This document shows positions 1 through 10,058 of a stretch of DNA of 64,000 nucleotides, piece after piece. The DNA is taken from the NCBI GenBank assembly GCA_040901675.1, contig JBBDYJ010000016.1, positions 72,779 to 136,778 on the forward strand, written 5' to 3'. This DNA comes from Pirellulales bacterium. GTDB taxonomy: Bacteria; Planctomycetota; Planctomycetia; Pirellulales; JAICIG01. A program made the translations under genes and the position numbers. Under the pieces are notes generated by a model that saw only the letters and a list, made by a program, of their open reading frames with translations, had not been told where the DNA came from and did no database searches. The stretch's first letter is position 1. The number at the start of each line of letters is the position of its first letter.

Positions 1-1955
1 GCGGCCGCCGGCAGCTCAGCCTGCTGTCGGCCGATTTTCCGCAGTGCGTCACGGTGATTGCCAGGCGGGCGCGCTGGAGCATCGGCCAGTGGTTCGAAAA
101 CCTGCGCACCAGCGGCGACGAAGCGCTCTGGCGGCGGCTGACTCACGAGCGCTCGGGGCTGGCCGCGGCGCTGTTGCTGGGCGCCAGGGAGCAATTGGAC
201 CAGGAAACGACCGACGCCTTTGTCAGAACCGGCACCGTGCACATCCTCTCGATCTCGGGGCTGCACGTCGCCATCCTGGCCGGCGCACTGTTCTGGACCA
301 TGCGCCTCGGTTTCGCGCCTCGGGGCACCGCGCTGGCCGGTGTGGCCACCGTAGTGCTGCTCTATGCGCTGGTGATCGCGGCCGAGCCGCCGGCCGTGCG
401 GGCTACGATCCTGGTGCTGCTGGTGGCCGCCTCGTTGTTCTGGGGAAGGCGGCTGCTGCCGTTCAATGCGCTGGCCGCGGCCGCGCTGGTGGTGCTGGCC
501 GCCAATCCGGCCGATTTGTTTCGAGTCGGTCCGCAACTCTCGTTCCTGGCGGTGACCTCGCTGATCTGGTTCGGCCCGCGGTTTGCCCGCCGCGCGAGTG
601 GCGCCAGCCAAGATCCCTTGGAGCGGCTGATCGACGCATCGCGTCCTTGGCACGAGCGCTCGGCCCGCTGGCTGTGCGGTTGGTGCTGGCGGGCCACGCT
701 GTTGACGGCCGCCGTCTGGGGCATCAGCGCCCCGTTGGTGATGGCCAACTTCCACCTCTTTTCACCCGCCACGTTGCTGCTGACGCCGCTGCTGGCGGCT
801 CCCATCGCCGTCGGGCTGATGTCGGGGTTCGCCGTGCTCGTCCTCGATTGGATTGCGCCGCCGCTGGGCGCCATCGCGGGCTGGGTCTGCGACATGTGTC
901 TCTGGTTCCTGAACCTGGCGGTCGACCTGGCCAGCCGGTGCCCCGGAAGCCACGTCTGGGTGCCTGGGCCGCAGCCTTGGTGGCTCGTGGTCTTTTACGG
1001 CGTGCTCGCCACGTGGATGGCCGTGCCGGCGCTGCGGCCGCCCCCCAGGTGGTGCATCGCGTTGTTGGCCGCCTGGACCACCGTGGGGCTGGCGGTGCCG
1101 TTGGCCCGCAAGCTGGAAGCGCCCCGGCTGGTGTGTACATTTCTGTCCGTGGGGCATGGGTGCGCGGTCGTGGTCGAGCTGCCCGACGGGCGGACCATGC
1201 TCTACGACTGCGGCCGGCTGGGCTCGCCCACGGCCGGGGCGCGGAGCGTATCCGGCTTCCTCTGGTCGCGGGGCATCATGCGGCTCGATGCGGTGGTGAT
1301 ATCGCACGCCGACATCGATCACTACAACGCGCTGCCCGAGCTGCTCGACAAATTCGCGGTGGGACGAGTCTACGTGTCGCCGGTGATGTTCAACAATCCA
1401 GACGCGGCGATCGCGCGGTTGCGGGAAGCAATCGAGGGCGCCGGGACGCCGCTGGCGTCGATCCGGGCCAACGACCGGCTGCACGTCGGCGGAGATTGCC
1501 GGATCGAGGTCTGGCACCCTCTCGCCCGCGGTGTGCAAGGCAGCGACAACGCGAACAGCCTGGTCGTGGCGATCGAGTACCAGGGCCGCCGCATACTCTT
1601 GACCGGAGACATCGAATCGCCAGGGATGGAGGACGTGCTGGCCGAAACGCCGCAGGTCTGCGAGGTGCTGCTGGCGCCGCACCACGGGAGTATACGCAGC
1701 AGCCCCCGCGGCTTTTCCGACTGGAGCAGCCCCCGCTGGGTCATCATCAGCGGCGGACCAGGCCGCGATCATCACCAGGTGCGGCAAGTGTACGAACGGG
1801 CCGGCGCCACGGTGCTCGACACCGAAACGCGCGGTGCGATCAGCGTACGGATCGAAAACGGAGAGGCAACCGTGGAGACCCTACGTGGCGGCGATGATTC
1901 CCTTCCGCATGGCCGGATCCGCTCGGAGCAGCCTCGAAAAAGACAAGCTGGCTAG
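1..1955 (+). CDS. comEC: DNA internalization competence protein ComEC/Rec2 (5' partial)
   Basis: The frame is open from the window start. It has GTVHILSISGLHV, P-A-V-R-A and VGPQLSFLAV competence-domain motifs, many TM segments, and a C-terminal metallo-beta-lactamase domain (SVGHG, SHADIDHYN, LLTGDIE, APHHGS). Confidence 0.93.
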   Translation, partial: GRRQLSLLSADFPQCVTVIARRARWSIGQWFENLRTSGDEALWRRLTHERSGLAAALLLGAREQLDQETTDAFVRTGTVHILSISGLHVAILAGALFWTMRLGFAPRGTALAGVATVVLLYALVIAAEPPAVRATILVLLVAASLFWGRRLLPFNALAAAALVVLAANPADLFRVGPQLSFLAVTSLIWFGPRFARRASGASQDPLERLIDASRPWHERSARWLCGWCWRATLLTAAVWGISAPLVMANFHLFSPATLLLTPLLAAPIAVGLMSGFAVLVLDWIAPPLGAIAGWVCDMCLWFLNLAVDLASRCPGSHVWVPGPQPWWLVVFYGVLATWMAVPALRPPPRWCIALLAAWTTVGLAVPLARKLEAPRLVCTFLSVGHGCAVVVELPDGRTMLYDCGRLGSPTAGARSVSGFLWSRGIMRLDAVVISHADIDHYNALPELLDKFAVGRVYVSPVMFNNPDAAIARLREAIEGAGTPLASIRANDRLHVGGDCRIEVWHPLARGVQGSDNANSLVVAIEYQGRRILLTGDIESPGMEDVLAETPQVCEVLLAPHHGSIRSSPRGFSDWSSPRWVIISGGPGRDHHQVRQVYERAGATVLDTETRGAISVRIENGEATVETLRGGDDSLPHGRIRSEQPRKRQAG

Positions 1956-2091
1956 CTTGGGTAGTTTGAATTGTTTCGTATTGCGCTGTTGCGCAAGATT
2001 TCTGGAGAGCCGATGCCGTATTTTTGCCCTGGATCTCGACTGGTGAGGTGGCCCCCAGAACACCTCGACTCGAGATTGCGAGGCCGAACCG

Positions 2092-2358
2092 ATGGACGCG
2101 CGCGAGTATCTGGCCACGGCGGCGGCGAATCGACGCATTGTGGAGTTAGCGAAGTACGACGAAACCGACCAGTGCGTGGGACGCGGCCGCGCCCTGGTGA
2201 TCGATCCCCAGCAGCGGATCGCCGTGATGCTCGAGCATTGCGGTTTTCCCGGCATCACGCTGGTCCGGGCCGGGAACCTGGTCCAATACGTCCAAGGGAC
2301 CGGGGCCGAATGGCGGATCGCAGGCGATCCGGTCGACATTCAATGGGAAGGCCCGTAG
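2092..2358 (+). CDS. hypothetical protein (88 aa)
   Basis: ATG with an upstream GAGG, globular composition, and it fills the gap just before the helicase. Confidence 0.6.
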   Translation: MDAREYLATAAANRRIVELAKYDETDQCVGRGRALVIDPQQRIAVMLEHCGFPGITLVRAGNLVQYVQGTGAEWRIAGDPVDIQWEGP

Positions 2359-2397
2359 CTCTTTCGGCCCATCAACGCCTACACTAGCGAGCCGAGG

Positions 2398-5300
2398 TTG
2401 TCTCGCTTCCGCGCCGCCCACGCCGACTCCCACACCGCAGCCGCCTTGATCGTTGTGCCGCCCACCGTCCACACTCCAATCGTCAACTATCTGCGTGAAT
2501 GCCTGGCGGCCGAGATCAACTGGTCCCGCACCCTCAACGTGCTCGATCAGCGCGACCTGCGGCTGTTTGGGCTGACGGCCGATCAAAAAGAAGAATTGGG
2601 ACGGCGGGGCTCGCTGGAGTTGAGCTCCGCGGAAGGAGCCGAGCTGGCCGCGGCCCACGCTGCCGGCGGTGAGGCCACCCGGCTCGTCATGGGCGCGCTG
2701 TTCCTGGTTGGCAGGACTCCGGGCGACGCAGGCAAGCCGCCACGACGATATTGCGGGCCGCTCTTGGAAGTGCCGCTCTCGCTGTCACGCGACCTGGCGG
2801 CGGGGCGCGTGACGGTGGCGGCCGAGGAAGAGCGGTTCACGATCAACTACGGCCTGGTCGCCGAACTGTTGCGTGCGGACGACGAGGACCTACGGCGGCG
2901 ATTGACGGATCTGGCCGAGCTGGTGCCGGACTTTCCCGTCGATCCGGGCGAGTTTGCCGATTTTTGGGCGGGCTTCAAGCTGATTGCGCCGGGCTTGCCC
3001 CTTGCCGCCGATCCGCCGCGGCGGCGGCCGACCCGATCGGCGCGGACCACCGACGCCGACGAGGAGTCCGTGGACGAGGCGGACCGCGCCGCCGGCCAGG
3101 GTGAGGAAAGCCTGGCGGCCGAAGTTGCCGCCGGCAGCGGCGGCCCAACCCCGGACCAGCGGTTGGAGCTAATCGACTTCTATCTGCCCGCAATCGCCAA
3201 GGACGAAACGTTCCGGCTGTTGCCAGCCGCGGCGCTCGTCCTGGAGCAAGCTGGCAGGCAGCCGCTGTCGGTGCTGGCGGAGCTGGAGCGGCTGGCCGAG
3301 ATGCCGCTCGATGGGACCGCCTTTTCGGCCGTGTTCGAGCCCGCCGATTCAGGGCGGACCGGCACCCCGGCTAGCCGGCCTGAAAGGCCGACCCCGGACG
3401 GCGACGAAGAGCCGCTTGGGCTCTCTCGACCGCAACGTGCCGTGGTTCATAGCGCGCGGTCCGCGCCGTTGACCGTGGTGACCGGGCCTCCGGGCACCGG
3501 CAAGTCGTACACGATTACGGCAATCGTGTTGGATGCGCTGATGAGAGGCGAGAGCGTGCTGGTGGCATCGCAGATGGACAAGGCCGTGGAGGTGGTGGCC
3601 CGGCAGGTGGAGCGAATCGCCGGGCCCTTGGCGATTGCCCGATCGGGCGGCCGCCAAGCGCAGCGCGAGCTGGCCAAAAAGATCTCCAGGCTGACGGGCC
3701 CCTCGACCAGGCCCGCCAAGCCGGCAGGCCCAGCCGCGCGCCAACTGGCGGGGCGGCAGCGGGAGTTGGGCCGGCGATTGAAGGGCCTGCGGGAGCGATT
3801 CCGGCGGGTCGTCGCGCTGGAACGGGCTTGGACTGCGAGCACCGCGGATTACGAGCGGCTGGCCGCGCTCTGTCCGCTGCCGATCGGCAAAGTCGGCGAC
3901 CGCGCCGTCGACCGTGCCACAGCCGCGTTGCGAAGGGCCCAGCGGGCCCTGGCCGGAGAGCCGGGCCGGGTCCGGCGATGGTGGGGCGAGTGGCAGCGGC
4001 GGCGGGCGCTGGCGCTGTTGGCCATCGCGCGGCCGCGGGACGCCACGCTGGACGAAATCAATGAAGCGCTGACGGTCCACGTGCACCGACGGAGCATCGA
4101 GCGGGCCAAGCGCGAGCTGCGCGGGCCAGCGGTGGCCGATGCCCTCTGGCACGAGATCCGGGAGTTGACCAAGGCACGCACCGAGCTGGCGCTCGATCAG
4201 CTTCGGGCCCACCGCGAGTCGGCGCTGTACGCGCTCACCCGCGGCGCGGCCACGCGGCAGCAATTGCGGCAACTGGCGACGTTGCTGCGGCGGCGCAAGG
4301 CGAAACTGAAGCAGGCCGCCAAGCAGCGGCTCGATGAAGGGCTGGTGCTTTTGACCTTTCGCGCCTGGGCCTCGACCAACCGCACCTTGGGGCAGATACT
4401 TCCGCTGGCGCCGGCCATGTTCGACCTGGTGGTGGTCGACGAGGCCTCGCAGTGCGACCTGGCCTCGGCGGCCGTGGCGCTGGCCCGCGGACGCCGCGCC
4501 GTCGTGGTGGGAGACCCGCACCAGTTGCGGCACGTCTGCTTTCTGAGCCACGCGCGGGAGGTGGCGGCCTTTGAACGGCACGGGGTGCCTGAGCGGCAAC
4601 GAGAGCAGTTTCGTTACAGCCGGCGAAGTCTTTTCGACGCGGCCGCCGACGCGGTGCCGCAAGACTGCTTTTTCCTGTTGGACGAGCACTTCCGCAGCGT
4701 GCCGCCGATCATCGACTTCTCGAACCGGCGGTTTTACGAGGGGCGGCTGCGGATCATGACCGCCCGGCCCATGTCCGGCTGGTCCGATGCAATCCGAGTG
4801 GTTCGCGTGGGAGGCCGCCGTGCAACCGAGAGCAGCATCAACGAAGCGGAAGTGCTGGCGGTCATGGACGAGATCGCGCGGCTGGTGGGGCGGGCGACGG
4901 CGTCGGGGGCGACGTCGATCGGCATCGTGTCGCCCTTCCGGGAGCAGGTCGACGCCATTCTCGACCGAGTCACTCGGGGCCTGGATGCCGAGGCCATCGC
5001 GCGGCACGAGCTGGTGGTTGGAACGGCGCACACGCTGCAGGGGGACGAAAAAGACCTGGTCATCCTGTCGACTTCGATTGATCAAGATTCGCACCGGGCA
5101 TCGCTGCGTTTTCTGGAGAACCCCAACCTTTTCAACGTAGCCGTGACGCGTGCTCGGCGGCAGATGGTGGTGGTGACGTCGGTGCAGGCGGAGGGCCTGC
5201 CCGGCGGGCTGCTGCGCGACTACCTGCTGCACGCCCATGGTGAGCGGCGCACCGAGCCGGCGGCCGGGCGGGCGTCTCGCGCGCTGTGCGACGAGGTGGC

Positions 5301-5556
5301 TTCGGCGCTGCAAGCGCACGGGTGGCGGGTGTTCCCCGATTTCCACGCGGCGGGAATATGCGTCGACCTGGCCGTCTCGGACGGCGAGAGCCTGCTGGCG
5401 ATATTCTGTGACGAATCGCCGGCCGAAGATGACGACCCGTTGGAGCAGCACGAGATCCTCGAGCGGGCCGGATGGACCGTAAAGCGCGTCAGCCGCCGCG
5501 GTTGGACCGACGACTGGGTGCGGGAAACCACGCGGCTGACCGAGCCCTGGCCATGA
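2398..5556 (+). CDS. superfamily 1 (UPF1/DNA2-like, AAA_11/AAA_12) helicase with C-terminal Vsr/DUF559-like domain
   Basis: Motifs GPPGTGKS, VVVDEASQ, VGDPHQL, LDEHFRS, IVSPFREQ, GTAHTLQGDEKD, NLFNVAVTRAR. C-terminus reads VDLAV..LAIFCD..LERAGWTVKRV. The start is uncertain (GTG 2455 is possible). Confidence 0.88.
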   Translation: MSRFRAAHADSHTAAALIVVPPTVHTPIVNYLRECLAAEINWSRTLNVLDQRDLRLFGLTADQKEELGRRGSLELSSAEGAELAAAHAAGGEATRLVMGALFLVGRTPGDAGKPPRRYCGPLLEVPLSLSRDLAAGRVTVAAEEERFTINYGLVAELLRADDEDLRRRLTDLAELVPDFPVDPGEFADFWAGFKLIAPGLPLAADPPRRRPTRSARTTDADEESVDEADRAAGQGEESLAAEVAAGSGGPTPDQRLELIDFYLPAIAKDETFRLLPAAALVLEQAGRQPLSVLAELERLAEMPLDGTAFSAVFEPADSGRTGTPASRPERPTPDGDEEPLGLSRPQRAVVHSARSAPLTVVTGPPGTGKSYTITAIVLDALMRGESVLVASQMDKAVEVVARQVERIAGPLAIARSGGRQAQRELAKKISRLTGPSTRPAKPAGPAARQLAGRQRELGRRLKGLRERFRRVVALERAWTASTADYERLAALCPLPIGKVGDRAVDRATAALRRAQRALAGEPGRVRRWWGEWQRRRALALLAIARPRDATLDEINEALTVHVHRRSIERAKRELRGPAVADALWHEIRELTKARTELALDQLRAHRESALYALTRGAATRQQLRQLATLLRRRKAKLKQAAKQRLDEGLVLLTFRAWASTNRTLGQILPLAPAMFDLVVVDEASQCDLASAAVALARGRRAVVVGDPHQLRHVCFLSHAREVAAFERHGVPERQREQFRYSRRSLFDAAADAVPQDCFFLLDEHFRSVPPIIDFSNRRFYEGRLRIMTARPMSGWSDAIRVVRVGGRRATESSINEAEVLAVMDEIARLVGRATASGATSIGIVSPFREQVDAILDRVTRGLDAEAIARHELVVGTAHTLQGDEKDLVILSTSIDQDSHRASLRFLENPNLFNVAVTRARRQMVVVTSVQAEGLPGGLLRDYLLHAHGERRTEPAAGRASRALCDEVASALQAHGWRVFPDFHAAGICVDLAVSDGESLLAIFCDESPAEDDDPLEQHEILERAGWTVKRVSRRGWTDDWVRETTRLTEPWP

Positions 5557-5571
5557 TGGTAAGCACCGTAG

Positions 5572-5577
5572 TATAAT
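5572..5577 (+). promoter_or_regulatory. -10 element of a likely leaderless transcript
   Basis: Perfect TATAAT 5 nt upstream of ATG 5583 in a GC-rich background, with no RBS. Confidence 0.5.
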
Positions 5578-5582
5578 TGGGC

Positions 5583-6820
<1,238 letters not shown>

Positions 6821-6877
6821 GGAGGAAGACAGAAGGCAGAAGGAGGAAGGGCAGAAGGAGGAAGGAGGAAGGAGGAA
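6821..6877 (+). repeat. purine-rich degenerate heptamer tract (AAGGAGG/AAGGCAG)
   Basis: ggaggaagacagaaggcagaaggaggaagggcagaaggaggaaggaggaaggaggaa directly after the mdh stop. Confidence 0.7.
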
Positions 6878-6963
6878 TCAGACCGCGAAGGCTGGAAAGA
6901 GTAACAAGGCAGCGTGGGACTGAATGGTGCAACCTGCGTGACGCGGGTTCCGCGCGTCTCTCT

Positions 6964-7006
6964 GCTTCGCCGACCCGTTGGGCTTCGCCGACTCGTTGGG
7001 TTCGCC
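6964..7006 (+). repeat. 18-bp tandem repeat GCTTCGCCGACYCGTTGG x2 plus a partial copy
   Basis: Read directly from the sequence. Confidence 0.7.
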
Positions 7007-7018
7007 TGGCGCTTCCGG

Positions 7019-7048
7019 TTGACAGCCAGCCGGGGCATGCAGTAAAGT
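7019..7048 (+). promoter_or_regulatory. candidate sigma70 promoter
   Basis: TTGACA-18 nt-TAAAGT upstream of the hydrolase/flagellar gene run. Confidence 0.35.
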
Positions 7049-7186
7049 CCCCGACTTGTGCATGCGCCGATCAGGGGGTCGCCGGTGTCACGCAGGCGCC
7101 GCGGCCATGAATCCAGCCGGGCCGCGAGAGGAACTGGTGATCGATCCGGGGCGGTGGGTGTCGCGATCCTGGTCACGGGGCTCTCC

Positions 7187-7945
7187 ATGAACCGAATTCA
7201 AAGCCTTCCGGCCGTTGTTCCCACGCCGATCGTCTACGGGCCGGACGCGGTGAACGTGGGCGCCGCCCAATACTCGCCGCCGCGGCAAGACGCCCATTTC
7301 GCCTTCTTTGCCCCGCTGCACTACGAGCCCAATTACGCCTATCCTCTGTTCGTCTGGCTGCACGGGCCTGCCGACAGCGAAAGCCAGTTGAAGCGGATCA
7401 TGCCGCTGGTCAGCATGCGGAACTACGTCGGCGTGGCCGTTCGGGGCACGCGTCGCGTGAACCGGCCGGGCAACGCGGTCTACAGTTGGTCGCAGAGCCA
7501 CGCCGACCTGACGCTGGCCGAGCAGCGGGTGCTCGACTCGATCGACCTGGCACGCTTGCGGTTCAACATAGCGCCGCGGCGGATCTTTGCGGCGGGCTTC
7601 GATTGCGGCGGCACCATGGCCTTTCGGCTGGCCATGAACCATCCCAGGCGGTTCGCCGGGGCACTTTCGTTGGGCGGCGCGTTTCCCAGCGGCCACGGCG
7701 CGCTGGCACAGCTCGACCAGGCCCGCCGCGTGGCCTTGTTCGTGGCCTGCGGCCGCGAGAGCCTGACTTATCCCACGGTGACGGTGTGCGACAACCTGCG
7801 GCTGTTTCACAGCGCGGGCATGAACGTGTCGCTGAGGCAGTATCCATGCGGCCAGGAGATCGCCCCCCAAATGCTGTCGGACGTGGACCGCTGGATCATG
7901 GAGCAGATCTCGCTGGAGGCGTCGGGGCCGGCCAAGCCGCATTGA
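7187..7945 (+). CDS. phospholipase/carboxylesterase-like alpha/beta hydrolase with substituted catalytic residues
   Basis: YPLFVWLHG, RIFAAGFDCGGTMA (canonical GFSQGG), YPCGQEI (canonical GHEI). Confidence 0.75.
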   Translation: MNRIQSLPAVVPTPIVYGPDAVNVGAAQYSPPRQDAHFAFFAPLHYEPNYAYPLFVWLHGPADSESQLKRIMPLVSMRNYVGVAVRGTRRVNRPGNAVYSWSQSHADLTLAEQRVLDSIDLARLRFNIAPRRIFAAGFDCGGTMAFRLAMNHPRRFAGALSLGGAFPSGHGALAQLDQARRVALFVACGRESLTYPTVTVCDNLRLFHSAGMNVSLRQYPCGQEIAPQMLSDVDRWIMEQISLEASGPAKPH

Positions 7946-8014
7946 CAGCGGCTGCCCCTCGCGATACAAACTGCCGACCTTTCCTGCGTCTCCCGTCACT
8001 TTGGCGTTGCCACC

Positions 8015-8509
8015 GTGAATGACTTGAACCTGTCGGCCCAGCGCGATCCCCGGCTGGCGGCGGTGCCGCTGTATGAGACAGTCGAGGAAGTCCAAGCCGA
8101 CCTGGCTCCGCGGTTTCTGGCCTTGCGCATCCGAACCGTGCTCGACGTGCCGCGCGACCTGGTGGTGACGGCGGACGGCGATATGCTGCGCCGCGCCATC
8201 TTGAACCTTTCGCTGAATGCCATCGAGGCCATGCCGGCCGGCGGCGAGTTGGTGGTCACCGCATACGCGGGCAGGTCGAGCGTCGAGCTGGAAATCGCCG
8301 ACAGCGGGCCTGGCCTGTCGGAGGAGGTCCGCCGCCGGGCGTTCGAACCATTCTTCACCACCAAGAGCACGGGCACGGGCTTGGGCCTGGCCGTCGTGAA
8401 TCGCGTGGCCGAGGTTCACGGGGGCGATGTCACCGCCGCCAATTGCCCCGAGGGGGGCGCCGCGTTCACCATCCGCTTGCCTCGCCGCAGCTTCGAGGCC
8501 GCCGCATGA
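8015..8509 (+). CDS. histidine kinase HATPase_c domain only
   Basis: N box (ILNLSLNAIEAM), G1 (IADSGPG), F box (FEPFFTTK) and G2 (GTGLGL) are present; there is no HisKA/H-box. Confidence 0.8.
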   Translation: MNDLNLSAQRDPRLAAVPLYETVEEVQADLAPRFLALRIRTVLDVPRDLVVTADGDMLRRAILNLSLNAIEAMPAGGELVVTAYAGRSSVELEIADSGPGLSEEVRRRAFEPFFTTKSTGTGLGLAVVNRVAEVHGGDVTAANCPEGGAAFTIRLPRRSFEAAA

Positions 8510-8625
8510 CCAGGCAACCACGCCGCACGTGATTGGTGCGAATCCGCAACAAGCTGGTGCACGCCGACCGGGAGGTTCAGAACATTCGGGGTTGAAGCCG
8601 GATCGGGCAACTTGGAGTTCCATGG

Positions 8626-10056
8626 ATGGATTTCCTGAACAACGCTTCCGGGCAACTCGGCGAACTGTTCCGCTCGATGACGGCCGGCGCGCGGATTACC
8701 GCGGCGGTGCTGGCGACGGTGGTGGTGATCAGCCTGGCTTACCTGGTCAACCAACAGGTGTCGCGTGGCGGCGAATATCTTTTGGACGGTCACCGCTTCA
8801 GCTCGTCTGAGCTGATGGCGGCCGAAGGGGCCTTCGGCAGCGCCGAGCTGAACGGCCATGAGGTCGAAGGCGGGCGGATCAGCGTGCCACGAGCCCAGCG
8901 GGCCCGGTACATGGCCGCCCTGGCCGACGCGGGCGCCATGCCGACCCACTTCAGCAGCTACCTGACGGAAGCGCTGGCCAAGCCCGGTTTTTTTACCAGC
9001 AGCCGCCAGACGGAGGCGATGTGGAAGGTCGCCGTACAGCGCGAGCTGGCCAGCATTATCGGCAAGATGTCGGGGATTGAGCGGGCTGCCGTTTTTTTCC
9101 ACACGGAAAAGAAATCGGGCCTGCACCGCGAGACCGTGAAGACCGCGGCGGTCAGCGTCACGCCGGTGGGCAACCGGCCGCTGGATCCCAAGCGGGTGCC
9201 GGCGATCCGCGAATTTGTGGCCGCCGCCATCGGCATGTCGCCGCAAGGCGTCGTCGTGATCGATACCAGCCAGGACGGCCGGTCGTACCGCGTCGACGGC
9301 GATGACGGGATGGTGAGCGTGCTGAACGACCCGTACTTGAACCACAAGAAGGAGTACCAGAAAGAATTCCAGGCCATGGTCGCCAACGCGCTCGGTTTCG
9401 TGCAGGGCGTGATCGTCACCGCCAGCGTGGAACTGGACCGCGAGATCAGCACGCAGGTGGCTCGCTTGACCCCCAAGCGCGTCACGATCGCCGTTGCCGT
9501 GCCGGCCAGCCACTACGAAAAAATCTGGCGCGAACAAAACCCGGCGCCACCCGGCCAGCCGGCGGCTGCGCCGGACAAGAACGCGCTGGATCAGATCGAG
9601 CTCTCGGAAAAGGCCAAAATCCAGAACCTGGTCTCTGGCCTGGTGCCGCCGCAGCTCGACGCCGCCGGGGATCCGCGCCCGCAGGTCTCCGTCGCTACTT
9701 TTTATCCCTTCACCGCGCCGGAGGCTCCCCAGCCCACCCTCGCCCAAACCGCCCTCCAATGGGCGTCGATGCACTACGGGGCGCTCGGCATGGGGCTATT
9801 GGTCCTGGTCAGCCTGATCATGCTCCGCTCGATGGTCCGCTGTATCCCGCGGCCGCCCGATGCGGCTGGGGTCGTCGTGCCCAGACGCCCTCCGGCGGAG
9901 GAAACCGCACCCAGCGCCGGGCCGGAAAAGGCGAAGCCGCATTTCAAACGGCCGCAGGCAGCGGGCTCGTTGCGTGACGAACTGGTGGAGATGGTCCGCG
10001 AAGATCCGGATGCGGCTGCCGCCATCCTTCGCACCTGGATAGGCAACGCAGGCTGA
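8626..10056 (+). CDS. fliF: flagellar MS-ring protein FliF (short variant)
   Basis: Two TM segments, QRELASIIGKMSGIERAAV, C-terminal MVREDPDAAAAILRTWI, located before fliG. Confidence 0.8.
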   Translation: MDFLNNASGQLGELFRSMTAGARITAAVLATVVVISLAYLVNQQVSRGGEYLLDGHRFSSSELMAAEGAFGSAELNGHEVEGGRISVPRAQRARYMAALADAGAMPTHFSSYLTEALAKPGFFTSSRQTEAMWKVAVQRELASIIGKMSGIERAAVFFHTEKKSGLHRETVKTAAVSVTPVGNRPLDPKRVPAIREFVAAAIGMSPQGVVVIDTSQDGRSYRVDGDDGMVSVLNDPYLNHKKEYQKEFQAMVANALGFVQGVIVTASVELDREISTQVARLTPKRVTIAVAVPASHYEKIWREQNPAPPGQPAAAPDKNALDQIELSEKAKIQNLVSGLVPPQLDAAGDPRPQVSVATFYPFTAPEAPQPTLAQTALQWASMHYGALGMGLLVLVSLIMLRSMVRCIPRPPDAAGVVVPRRPPAEETAPSAGPEKAKPHFKRPQAAGSLRDELVEMVREDPDAAAAILRTWIGNAG

Positions 10057-10058
10057 AC

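Noticed and set aside
44..1897. 617-aa alternative-frame ORF over comEC
   Set aside because: Arg/Ala/Gly-rich frame artefact; the overlapping frame carries the ComEC motifs.
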